Shown here: positions 15,238 to 23,673 of the stretch, piece by piece
Layout of the letters: the number at the start of each line of letters is the position of its first letter
Position numbering within the stretch: position 1 is the stretch's first letter
The notes under the pieces: generated by a model
Told to the model about the DNA's origin: nothing
What the model saw: only the letters and a program-made list of their open reading frames with translations
Database searches by the model: none
Position numbers and translations under genes: made by a program
Assembly: GCA_038061635.1 (NCBI GenBank)
Contig: JBBTYV010000089.1
Location: forward strand, 1-25,495
Length of the DNA: 25,495 nt
DNA from: Patescibacteria group bacterium
Lineage (GTDB): Bacteria > Patescibacteriota > Saccharimonadia > Saccharimonadales > JAGQMS01
Direction of reading: 5' to 3'

Positions 15238-17283
15238 ATGGCAAAAAATACTCTTATCCACCCTATAGACGAACTGCGTTTTGGAACTTATGACCCTAAA
15301 GACGCTTCTCAGGCATTAAAAATTACTGAAAAACTAGCCTGGGAGAGAATTGATAGAATCCTACATCTGGATCCGAAAGACCGGACTTTTGAAAACACAG
15401 TGTTGGCCTTAACGCGTTCAACAGACGAATTCGACGCCGTAGTTAGCATAATTGGGCATCTAGAGTCGGTCCTGGGCGAGCCATGGCGCAAAGCAGACAT
15501 ACTATCGTCAACCGTAGCAAGCAAATTTTATAACGAAATTAATCTACACACCGGGCTATATAAAGCTTTCAAGGAAGTTGACTCTAGATTAAAGATTAAG
15601 GAATTAACTAAAGCACAAAATAAACTTTTGACGGATATGATTCGTGAATATAAACGCGGTGGAGTTGACCTACCACCAGCAGAGAAGGAGCGACTCAAAG
15701 AGATAAATAAGGAATTAAGTCGCTCAAGTACTAAGTTTAGCCAGAACACTGTAAAAGCTAACGACAAGACGGGAATATGCGTCACGAATAAGGCAGATTT
15801 GGATGGACTTTCGGACGAATTCATAAAAGAAGCAGCAGAAAATGCAAAGATTAAAGGTAAAACCGCAGGGTACTGGGTTAGCTTTAATGAGCCGAACTTC
15901 ATGTCTGTAATGAGCCTTTGCACTGTAGCCTCTACTCGAAAGGCAATGTTTAAAGCTGTTAAGACTACTGGTTTAAGTCCAAACCTGCCGCTAGCTAAAA
16001 AAATACTTGAGCTACGTTACGAGAAGGCCAAACTACTTGGCTACAAAACTTATGCTGACTTTGTTTTGAAGTCACGAATGGCAAAGAACGGTAAGACCGC
16101 AAGAACTTTTATAGACAATTTGACAAAAACCTATAAACCAATTATTAAACGAGAGCTTCGTAACCTCGAGAATTTTGCTAGAAAATATGAGAACAATCCG
16201 AAGTATAAACTTGATGCCAGTGATATTGATTCGGGGTTAGATTGGTTTTACGCACACAAACAACGCGAAAAGCTATTTGACATTAACGAAAGTGTTGCAA
16301 AGGAATACTTTCCGATCGAGAAAGTTCTTTCGGGAATGTTCGAAACACTTTCGATTTTGTACGGAGTTAAATTTATCAAAAATTCATCCATAAAACGATG
16401 GCACAAAGACGTTGAAATTTACGAAATTCATGACGAACTAGGCAAACATATTGCAACTGTTTGGTGCGATTGGTTTGCCCGGAAGAACAAGCAGGGTAAT
16501 GCCTGGATGAATGCCTACTACGTAGCCGATCGAGCGGATGGCAAGGTCGACAAACCACACCTTGGGTACGTGATTGCTAACCTGCCGTTACCGACCAAAA
16601 CAGTGCCAAGCCTTTTAAAACCTAGAGACGTAGAAACCATCTGGCATGAGTTCGGTCATTTTATGCATCTTGCACTAGGCAGGACTGAACTTGTTGAGCA
16701 ATCGATGATGGATATCGAGTGGGACTTTGTGGAAGCCCCTTCGCAGATATTCGAAAACTGGATCTGGCAACCAGAGATACTAACAAAAATCACTTCTCAT
16801 TATAAAACTGAGAAAAAAATTCCTGATAGTTTAGTAAAGAAGCTAATTGCTGCTCGACAATTTAGAGCATCAAGCAAGAATGCTAGCCAGTTCATATACG
16901 CAAAAACCGACTTAATGCTTCATATGGATTACGCTAAGGATCCGTCTAAAGCTGACACGGTTGCTGTTAATCACAAGAACAAACTAGCAGTTCGTGGCTA
17001 TCCAGCAGAGGAGTGGGACAAAGGTGCCTTGAGCTTTAACCACATTTTTGCAGGGGGCTACGCCGCTGCATATTATTCATATAAGTGGGCGGAAGCTATT
17101 GAGGCCGATTTCTTTGAAAGGTTTCAGAAAGAAGGTGTCTTGAACTCGAAGCTAGGACGAGAATATAGAGATAAAGTTCTTGCTCGAGGTGCCGAGATAC
17201 CGGCCACGACACTTGTTAAAGACTTCTTGGGGCGTCAGAGCAACATAAAAGCTATGCTTCGTCGCGACGGTATTAAACCGTAA
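15238..17283 (+). CDS. M3-family oligopeptidase (oligopeptidase A/PrlC-like)
   Basis: HEFGH zinc motif, WDFVEAPSQIFENW, HIFAGGYAAAYYSYKWAE. ATG 15238 preferred; the 15091 extension overlaps the upstream gene and R2. Confidence 0.93.
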   Translation: MAKNTLIHPIDELRFGTYDPKDASQALKITEKLAWERIDRILHLDPKDRTFENTVLALTRSTDEFDAVVSIIGHLESVLGEPWRKADILSSTVASKFYNEINLHTGLYKAFKEVDSRLKIKELTKAQNKLLTDMIREYKRGGVDLPPAEKERLKEINKELSRSSTKFSQNTVKANDKTGICVTNKADLDGLSDEFIKEAAENAKIKGKTAGYWVSFNEPNFMSVMSLCTVASTRKAMFKAVKTTGLSPNLPLAKKILELRYEKAKLLGYKTYADFVLKSRMAKNGKTARTFIDNLTKTYKPIIKRELRNLENFARKYENNPKYKLDASDIDSGLDWFYAHKQREKLFDINESVAKEYFPIEKVLSGMFETLSILYGVKFIKNSSIKRWHKDVEIYEIHDELGKHIATVWCDWFARKNKQGNAWMNAYYVADRADGKVDKPHLGYVIANLPLPTKTVPSLLKPRDVETIWHEFGHFMHLALGRTELVEQSMMDIEWDFVEAPSQIFENWIWQPEILTKITSHYKTEKKIPDSLVKKLIAARQFRASSKNASQFIYAKTDLMLHMDYAKDPSKADTVAVNHKNKLAVRGYPAEEWDKGALSFNHIFAGGYAAAYYSYKWAEAIEADFFERFQKEGVLNSKLGREYRDKVLARGAEIPATTLVKDFLGRQSNIKAMLRRDGIKP

Positions 17284-17315
17284 CTTTTAAGGTATAATTC
17301 GAAAGTCGCTAATAT

Positions 17316-17391
17316 AGGGGTATAACTCAGTTGGTAGAGTGCTGGTCTCCAAAACCAGATGTCGTAGGTTCGAGTCCTGCTACCCCTGCCA
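17316..17391 (+). tRNA. tRNA-Trp(CCA)
   Basis: AGGGGTA/TACCCCT acceptor, CTGGT-CTCCAAA-ACCAG, GGTTCGAGTCC, G73, CCA. TATAAT at 17293-17298. Confidence 0.97.
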
Positions 17392-17486
17392 TAACTAGGA
17401 TAAAGACTACTAACAAATCGTGTTTGGGTGATAGTTGTTTTCAGCTTTGTCAATATTGTGAGACAATGCACTAAATAGGAGATGTT

Positions 17487-18488
17487 ATGGTAAACCGAAA
17501 CTTTAAACTCGTAACAACTGAAGTCGAAACACCTTTAGTAAACGCCGCAGGGTCAATCAACGGTACAAGCAGCGAACAAATATTACGACAAGTTGAAACC
17601 TTAGCTGCTACAGCAATAGGTGCAATAACAGTAGGTTCTTTTACAGTACCGCAACAGGCTGGTAACGAGGTAAAGTACGGTAGTCCAACCTATTATCACG
17701 ATCAAGAAACGGGTAGTACTTATAATTCAATGGGCTTACCAAACATTGGCTTGGAAGCTGCTATACAACTTATGCCAGACATTATAAATCGAGCGTGGGA
17801 TAAGGGAAAACCTGTAATCGCCAGTGTTTCTCCTACTCAAAGCTCGCCAGAAAATGGAGGCAACGCTTTTGGACAAGTGGAACGCTTAGTCGAAGGAATG
17901 CTTGAAGCAGAGGTTGACTTAATTGAAGTGAACACAAGTTGCCCTAATGTGGTTACTGAGAGTGGCGGTCGTAAACCAATACTTGGCTACGACCTTGAAG
18001 CTATGGAAGAACTGTTAAGCACCCTTTCAACATCAGCAGCAAGGACCGAAAGTTTTAGGATTGGCTTAAAACTACCACCTTATGTGAGCGACGAAGAAAA
18101 GCTAGTAGTCCCACAGCTGGCTGACCTTTTCAGACGTTATCGTGGTGCGTTTAACTTCTTAGTTACCTCAAATACTATACCTAATCAAGTTGCCCGCAAT
18201 GCTGCTGGCGAGCCAATTCTTACCGTTCCTGGCGGTGCTGGCGGTATGAGCGGACCTTCAACACGGGAAGTTGGGCGTGAGCAACTTCGTATGTGGCAAG
18301 ATTTAATGGGAGAGGATATTGAAATTATCAGCTCTCTTGGTGTGGATAGCGGCAAAGAACTGGCTGTTAGACGACAATTAGGTGCTGCTGCCGCTGGTGG
18401 TGTCACGTTCCTATGGGAAAGCAAAGATTGGGGTATAGCTGTAACAGATGTAATCAGCGACTGGGTTGCCGCCGAAGAACAAAGCTAA
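17487..18488 (+). CDS. pyrD: Dihydroorotate dehydrogenase-like FMN enzyme (class 1-type, divergent)
   Basis: VNAAG, YNSMGLPNIG, EVNTSCPN (catalytic Cys), LKLPP, TSNT, GGMSG. Confidence 0.8.
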   Translation: MVNRNFKLVTTEVETPLVNAAGSINGTSSEQILRQVETLAATAIGAITVGSFTVPQQAGNEVKYGSPTYYHDQETGSTYNSMGLPNIGLEAAIQLMPDIINRAWDKGKPVIASVSPTQSSPENGGNAFGQVERLVEGMLEAEVDLIEVNTSCPNVVTESGGRKPILGYDLEAMEELLSTLSTSAARTESFRIGLKLPPYVSDEEKLVVPQLADLFRRYRGAFNFLVTSNTIPNQVARNAAGEPILTVPGGAGGMSGPSTREVGREQLRMWQDLMGEDIEIISSLGVDSGKELAVRRQLGAAAAGGVTFLWESKDWGIAVTDVISDWVAAEEQS

Positions 18489-18552
18489 GTTACATTAAGT
18501 AATCAATCCGTGAACTGTCAAAATTACCTCTAGGGTTTGTTATAATCTCAGC

Positions 18553-19218
18553 ATGTCGAAGTCCAAAATGGCTCGGCCGACTCTGGTGATGCTAATGGGC
18601 TATCCAGGTAGCGGCAAATCTTATACTGCTAATAATCTAGCAAGCTTGCTTGGCATGGCACATATTAGTAGCGACAAAATCCGCGAGAAACTCTTCCCGA
18701 AACCAACTTATACCCCAGCCGAACATCGAACAGTCGTCCAAATGATGCTTTTAATGGCCGAACAGTTCTTGGAAATCGATGAATCTGTAGTTTTTGACGT
18801 CTCGCTAAACCGTCTAAGTGAAAGACGCGCTCTGCGCGAAATCTCCAAAAAGCGTGGGGCGACACCGTTTTTGCTTTGGCTTCAGATCGACCGCGAATCG
18901 GCTAAAGCCAGGGCGCAAACCAAAGACAAACGACGAGCTGAGGATAAATACACTGCCAAGCTATCAACTACTGTTTTCAACTCACTTGTCATGGCTTTTC
19001 AACCGCCTCAGAACGAAGATTATCTAGTTGTCAGCGGAAAGCACACTTTTAACGCTCAGAAAGGCTCTATTTTACGCAAAATGCGTGAGTTAGGACTTAT
19101 TGAAGACGAAACCCTTCGTCAACACGTCGCAAAGCCAGAACTTATGAATCTTGCAGCTAAAGCACGTGCTGAGGCCGGCTTAGCGGATTACACCAAGCGC
19201 AACATCACCGTCAGGTAA
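18553..19218 (+). CDS. P-loop kinase-like ATP-binding protein (AAA_33 type)
   Basis: LMGYPGSGKS Walker A, ISSDKIR, VVFD. Confidence 0.82.
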   Translation: MSKSKMARPTLVMLMGYPGSGKSYTANNLASLLGMAHISSDKIREKLFPKPTYTPAEHRTVVQMMLLMAEQFLEIDESVVFDVSLNRLSERRALREISKKRGATPFLLWLQIDRESAKARAQTKDKRRAEDKYTAKLSTTVFNSLVMAFQPPQNEDYLVVSGKHTFNAQKGSILRKMRELGLIEDETLRQHVAKPELMNLAAKARAEAGLADYTKRNITVR

Positions 19219-19222
19219 TATT

Positions 19223-19912
19223 TTGGCAATTAAATACATAGAGATACCTGGGATTGGTAGAGTCAAGCTTACTAAACGTCGTAGCACAAGGAGTTTACGC
19301 GTTCGGACAACATCTGGCGGAGGAATAGTTGTTAGTATCCCTACCTGGATTCCTTTCAAGGCTGGCGAGAAGTTTGCACTACAACACATTGAATGGATAA
19401 AAAAGCATCAAACCGAAATCAGCCTATTACTACCAAATCGCAAGATTGGCAGAAATCACGCTCTACTTTTCAAGGTTGGCGCCGGTGCAAAGCCAACTGT
19501 CAAAGTCGTCGACAGTACAGTCGTTGTATCCGTTCCAGTTGGCATGACGGTCAAGTCGCCACAAGTTCAAGTAGCAGCAGTTCGTGGAGCCAAGAATGCT
19601 CTAAAGAGTCAGGAAGACATTTTAGAAAAAAGGCTAGAATCAATATCTAAGATCACCAAGCTTAAATACAAATCTTCTCGCTATGGCTTTATGAAGACCA
19701 GATGGGGAAGTTGCAAGAGCGACATGACTATCACTCTGAACTATCATCTGTTAGACCTGCCAGACGAACATATTAACTATGTCATTATTCATGAGCTAGT
19801 ACACACTAAACATCTCAACCATCGTCCCGAGTTTTGGTCTTTAGTTGAAAGCTTCGAACCAAATTACAAGCAACTCCGTAAAGAAGTCAAAAAAGCTACC
19901 CTAGGCTGGTAG
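19223..19912 (+). CDS. M48/YgjP-like (DUF45) zinc metallopeptidase
   Basis: KRRSTRSLRVR, MKTRWGSC, YVIIHELVH...NHRPEFWSLV. Confidence 0.88.
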   Translation: MAIKYIEIPGIGRVKLTKRRSTRSLRVRTTSGGGIVVSIPTWIPFKAGEKFALQHIEWIKKHQTEISLLLPNRKIGRNHALLFKVGAGAKPTVKVVDSTVVVSVPVGMTVKSPQVQVAAVRGAKNALKSQEDILEKRLESISKITKLKYKSSRYGFMKTRWGSCKSDMTITLNYHLLDLPDEHINYVIIHELVHTKHLNHRPEFWSLVESFEPNYKQLRKEVKKATLGW

Positions 19913-19948
19913 TTTACTTTTAATAGTAATAATGATTTAATACTGCAA

Positions 19949-20332
19949 ATGACAAATCACAATACTGAAACTACCCCAGATGTAGCAACTGGTGCTGGAG
20001 TGGTTCTAGAGGACGCTCCTATGAATCTTTTTATACCAATACCAGAAAGCGATTTCGATGCAGCCAGACGTATAAGAGGAACTACTAGCATCATGCAGTC
20101 TCCATATGTAAAGCAAATAACTGCTTTAGAAGGGAATGGACAACTCAAGTACATAAACAAGGTAACGGGTAAGCCTGTTGTTCTACATATGCTTAGGGGT
20201 GACGAGTGGCAATTGGAAGCAGGTTCTATACACAGATATACTTCTGATGATGACGTTTTTACCGTACACGAACAACTGCTTGGAACTCCTATAGAACTTA
20301 ATCCTAATCCTTCAGGATTGGATCTGCTTTAG
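19949..20332 (+). CDS. Hypothetical protein
   Basis: 127-aa ORF with TGaTTTAAT 7 nt before the ATG; no recognised motif. Confidence 0.65.
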   Translation: MTNHNTETTPDVATGAGVVLEDAPMNLFIPIPESDFDAARRIRGTTSIMQSPYVKQITALEGNGQLKYINKVTGKPVVLHMLRGDEWQLEAGSIHRYTSDDDVFTVHEQLLGTPIELNPNPSGLDLL

Positions 20333-20360
20333 AAGAGAGCTTTTTCTATCTTCTTAACTG

Positions 20361-20389
20361 TTTACATCGGACATCCAGCGTGGTATATT
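20361..20389 (+). promoter_or_regulatory. Sigma70-type promoter of the secE-nusG operon
   Basis: TTTACA-17 nt-TATATT with TGn extension. Confidence 0.6.
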
Positions 20390-20407
20390 GACTTTGCAAA
20401 GAAGTAC

Positions 20408-20431
20408 CCTACCACTAATGGTAGGTTTTTT
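20408..20431 (+). terminator. Terminator-like hairpin upstream of secE
   Basis: CCTACCA-ctaa-TGGTAGG followed by TTTTTT. Confidence 0.6.
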
Positions 20432-20446
20432 AATTAGGAGAGCTAA

Positions 20447-20848
20447 GTGGCTGGATCACGAAAAATAGTAGCAAAACGCCGAGTTGAATCTGTTCGCGAG
20501 CGCGCCGACAAGCAACAGGCGAGAAGCGACCGACAACCAAGACACCGTAAGGTATCAACGGCAGCAGGACGACCTGTTCGAGGAGTTAGAAGCTTTCTTT
20601 CGAGAGAATACCATCTAATAAAGCTTCCCGAAACTAAAACAGGTCAACTATTAACAAAGAAGCGCTCAGCAACACCCTCATATTTTGTTAATAGTCTTCG
20701 TGAATTAAAGCTGGTGACTTGGCCAACTCGTCGTCAGGCACTAAGTTTAAGTATGGCTGTTGTTGTTTTCTCTGTGGCGATCGCTGGATTCGTTCAGCTC
20801 CTTGATTATGGATTAGGTAAATTATTTAAAGAGGTAATTCTAAAATGA
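20447..20848 (+). CDS. secE: Preprotein translocase subunit SecE (long basic N-terminus)
   Basis: ELKLVTWPTRRQ plus a single TM; directly upstream of nusG; GGAG RBS, GTG start. Confidence 0.92.
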   Translation: MAGSRKIVAKRRVESVRERADKQQARSDRQPRHRKVSTAAGRPVRGVRSFLSREYHLIKLPETKTGQLLTKKRSATPSYFVNSLRELKLVTWPTRRQALSLSMAVVVFSVAIAGFVQLLDYGLGKLFKEVILK

Positions 20849-21390
20849 CCAACAAACGTTATGACCCAAGCAAGCAGTGGTATGTAGTCCACACCTACAG
20901 TGGCTATGAAGAAAAGGTAGCCGAGGCTGTTCGCCAGCGAGCTGATTCTCTCGACATGGCCGATAAGATTTTTCAGGTTCTGGTACCAAAAGAAAAGCAA
21001 ATCGAAATCAAGAACGGAAAACGTAAAGTAGTCGAAAAACGTATTTTTCAGGGGTATGTCATAGTCCAGATGAAGCTCAGTGAAGATGCTTGGTATATCG
21101 TACGAAACACACCAAATGTTACAGGCTTCGTCGGTAGTGGAACAGAACCAACACCAATTAGCCAAGACGAAATGGACAAGATTATGAAGCGCATGGGCCG
21201 AGAAGAACCGAAACACAAATTCGACTACGTCGTTGGCGAGGTTGTAAATATTGTTGACGGACCTTTCAAAGGCTTTGATGGAGCAATCAACGAAATTGAC
21301 GCTCAGAAAGGCAAACTTAAGGTTCTGGTAAACATGTTCGGCCGTGAAACACCTGTCGAACTCGACGGCCTTCAGGTAAAAAGGGTTTAA
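20845..21390 (+). CDS. nusG: Transcription termination/antitermination factor NusG
   Basis: WYVVHTYSGYE, IFQGYV, VRNTPNVTGFVG, KOW GPFKGFDG, MFGRETPVEL. Confidence 0.97.
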   Translation: MTNKRYDPSKQWYVVHTYSGYEEKVAEAVRQRADSLDMADKIFQVLVPKEKQIEIKNGKRKVVEKRIFQGYVIVQMKLSEDAWYIVRNTPNVTGFVGSGTEPTPISQDEMDKIMKRMGREEPKHKFDYVVGEVVNIVDGPFKGFDGAINEIDAQKGKLKVLVNMFGRETPVELDGLQVKRV

Positions 21391-21396
21391 GAGACA

Positions 21397-21699
21397 ATGC
21401 GTAAACGCATGGAAGTTCCTTGTATTCAAGACGAAATTGAAGCTGGTCGAGTCTTATTACCCGAGAAAGGGCCCTCGGCATGCGCTATCGAGCCTTTTTC
21501 GCCCTCTAGCTCTTCGGTTAATATTGGCACACTCCCAACCATTGCCTGCATGACGTGTAGTTACAGAGCAAGTAGTGCAGGTGAGGGAGCAATAATAGTT
21601 GAAGAGGGCGGACCGCCCCACCAAATCATAGGCTCAAATCCTGTTTTCTATCAGGTCAGCCTGGAGAGGCAGTGCAGAATAGCTAGACAACAGAGGTGA
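21397..21699 (+). CDS. Possible hypothetical protein between nusG and rplK
   Basis: 100-aa ORF filling the interval; no motif recognised. Confidence 0.45.
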   Translation: MRKRMEVPCIQDEIEAGRVLLPEKGPSACAIEPFSPSSSSVNIGTLPTIACMTCSYRASSAGEGAIIVEEGGPPHQIIGSNPVFYQVSLERQCRIARQQR

Positions 21700-21733
21700 T
21701 TTGTAGTAAAATTACTAACCTTAGAGGAAAAAT

Positions 21734-22165
21734 ATGGCGGACAAAGTAGTAAAAGCTAATTTAAAGATGAAAATCCCAGCCGGGCACGCAACAGCGGCGC
21801 CACCAGTTGGTAGTATTCTTGGTCAGTACGGTGTGAATATGATGGATTTCATCAACCCGTTCAATGAACAGACTAAAGACATGGGCAATGTCACCGTCAC
21901 TGCGCACATCGCAATTTATGAAGACCGCTCGATGGACTTTCGTGTTATTGGCGCTCCAGCAGACGACCTTATCCGAGCTAAACTTGGTATCGAAAAGGGC
22001 TCAGGAAAGCCAAACACAGAGAAGGTTCCGAAGAAGCTAACAGATAAGATGTTAACCGAGATTGCTGAAGTTAAAATGAAAGATATGAACAGCGACGACA
22101 TCGACGCCGTTAAGAAAATCGTTACCGGCACAGCCCGCAGTATGGGCGTCGAGGTGGAGAAATAG
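21734..22165 (+). CDS. rplK: 50S ribosomal protein L11
   Basis: IPAGHATAAPPVGSILGQYGVNMMDF, IYEDRS, GTARSMGVEV. Confidence 0.97.
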   Translation: MADKVVKANLKMKIPAGHATAAPPVGSILGQYGVNMMDFINPFNEQTKDMGNVTVTAHIAIYEDRSMDFRVIGAPADDLIRAKLGIEKGSGKPNTEKVPKKLTDKMLTEIAEVKMKDMNSDDIDAVKKIVTGTARSMGVEVEK

Positions 22166-22171
22166 TATAAA

Positions 22172-22417
22172 ATGCCGACGGGTCGCGATCGCGTATATTT
22201 AACAGAAGCTATGGAGCGTGATAGTGATCCTATTGCTGTGGGGAGACAGACGGCTTCCGATGGGAATGTATACGGTCGGGGCGCACGCGCTGCTGCGAAG
22301 ATAGTCGACAGGGCATACACTAATGAAAGTTTAGCTATTGAAGCCGCGCAAGTCGCTAAGATAGACAGTGCGGGTACAACTAATGCAGACAACAGTGAGT
22401 TAAAGAACATTAATTAA
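22172..22417 (+). CDS. Possible hypothetical protein between rplK and rplA
   Basis: 81-aa ORF starting 6 nt after the rplK stop; no motif recognised. Confidence 0.5.
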   Translation: MPTGRDRVYLTEAMERDSDPIAVGRQTASDGNVYGRGARAAAKIVDRAYTNESLAIEAAQVAKIDSAGTTNADNSELKNIN

Positions 22418-22422
22418 TTTTT

Positions 22423-22452
22423 GTGGGAGGTCTAAAAGACCGCTTGCACCAC
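22423..22452 (+). promoter_or_regulatory. Putative L1-binding autoregulatory mRNA site
   Basis: GTGG-GAG-GTCT-aaa-AGAC-...-CCAC: GTGG/CCAC helix, internal loop with GGGAG and a capped stem, just before the rplA RBS, as in rplK-rplA intergenic L1 sites of Firmicutes-like bacteria. Confidence 0.65.
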
Positions 22453-22463
22453 GAAGGAGTAAT

Positions 22464-23420
22464 ATGAAAGAAGTTAAGAAAACAGCAACCAAAAAGATAA
22501 AAGAGGTAAAAACAGATGGGCCTATTCAAGAAGATAGTACAGATACGCTTCCAACAACTGAAGAAGTTGCCGCCGAAGAAGTAATTTCTAAACCGCTTGC
22601 AAAAAAAGGCAAACGTAGTGCTAAAGCAGTAGTTGAAGTAGAAGAAAAACTTGCCAAAGAGGAGCGAAAGAGCCAAGAGGCAGAAAAGCCTAAAAAGCCA
22701 AAAGCTCCGGTCAAACCTGCTCGCTCTCGCCTTGAACGAGCTAGTAAAAAGTACCGCGAGGTCGCTAAGCTTCTTGAGATTGGCAAGGAGTATAACCTAA
22801 AAGAAGCTGTTGAGTTGACCGTTAAAACATCGACAACAAAATTTGACTCGACAGTTGAGCTACACATCAACTTAAACGTTGACCCAAAACAAGCTGACCA
22901 AAACCTCCGCGACAACCTTGTATTGCCAGCAGGCACAGGCAAATTGGTCAGAGTTGCTGTCTTTGCCGAACCCGATGACGTTAAGACCGCCAAAACTGCC
23001 GGCGCAGACACAGCTGGTGGTGACGAGTTTTTGCAACAACTCGACAAAAACATTGTCGACTTTGATCTGTTAATTACAGCACCAACAATGATGCCAAAAC
23101 TGGCCAAATATGCCAAGCTACTAGGTCCAAAAGGTCTAATGCCGAACCCTAAGAGTGGCACAGTTACAACAAATATTGTTAAAGCAGTGGAACAAGCTAA
23201 GGCAGGACGATTAGAATACCGCGTCGACAGCACCGGAATCGTCCACTGCGGTATCGGTAAGGTCAGCTTTGGAGCCGACAAGGTATTTCAAAATGCCGAA
23301 GCAGTGCTCAATAGCATCAAGAACAACAAGCCTTCTAGTGTTAAAGTTGCACTAATTAAGTCTGTATACCTGACTACCAGCATGGGACCTTCGGTTAGGG
23401 TTGCCTTAAGCGAGTTGTAG
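22464..23420 (+). CDS. rplA: 50S ribosomal protein L1 with K/E-rich N-terminal extension
   Basis: KFDSTVELHINLNVDPK, LPAGTGK, LGPKGLMPNPKSGTVT, TTSMGPSV. Confidence 0.97.
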   Translation: MKEVKKTATKKIKEVKTDGPIQEDSTDTLPTTEEVAAEEVISKPLAKKGKRSAKAVVEVEEKLAKEERKSQEAEKPKKPKAPVKPARSRLERASKKYREVAKLLEIGKEYNLKEAVELTVKTSTTKFDSTVELHINLNVDPKQADQNLRDNLVLPAGTGKLVRVAVFAEPDDVKTAKTAGADTAGGDEFLQQLDKNIVDFDLLITAPTMMPKLAKYAKLLGPKGLMPNPKSGTVTTNIVKAVEQAKAGRLEYRVDSTGIVHCGIGKVSFGADKVFQNAEAVLNSIKNNKPSSVKVALIKSVYLTTSMGPSVRVALSEL

Positions 23421-23441
23421 GGATAGAATAGTAATAAGAGG

Positions 23442-23465
23442 TCGGTCATGAAAATGACCGATTTC
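23442..23465 (+). terminator. Probable terminator after rplA
   Basis: TCGGTCAT-GAAA-ATGACCGA perfect 8-bp stem with a GNRA loop and short TTTC tail. Confidence 0.55.
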
Positions 23466-23477
23466 ACTACTTCACAC

Positions 23478-23603
23478 ATGAAAAAAACATTACTCGTTGG
23501 TTTATCGGTTGCCTTACTTGGCGCTGGCGCTGCATTCTTCATCATCAGCAGTAGCGATAGCCCAACGGCACCAGATAACCTTTCACAAACCACTGCACAG
23601 TAA
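23478..23603 (+). CDS. Small single-TM/signal-peptide-like protein (41 aa), below the ORF-track cut-off
   Basis: MKKTLLVGLSVALLGAGAAFFIISSSDSPTAPDNLSQTTAQ*; alternative in-frame ATG at 23448. Confidence 0.5.
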   Translation: MKKTLLVGLSVALLGAGAAFFIISSSDSPTAPDNLSQTTAQ

Positions 23604-23673
23604 GCATTAACAAATATCGCAAAACTTGTTTTTGACAACAAGTTGATTTTGGTTTGTGTGATAAATTATTTGC

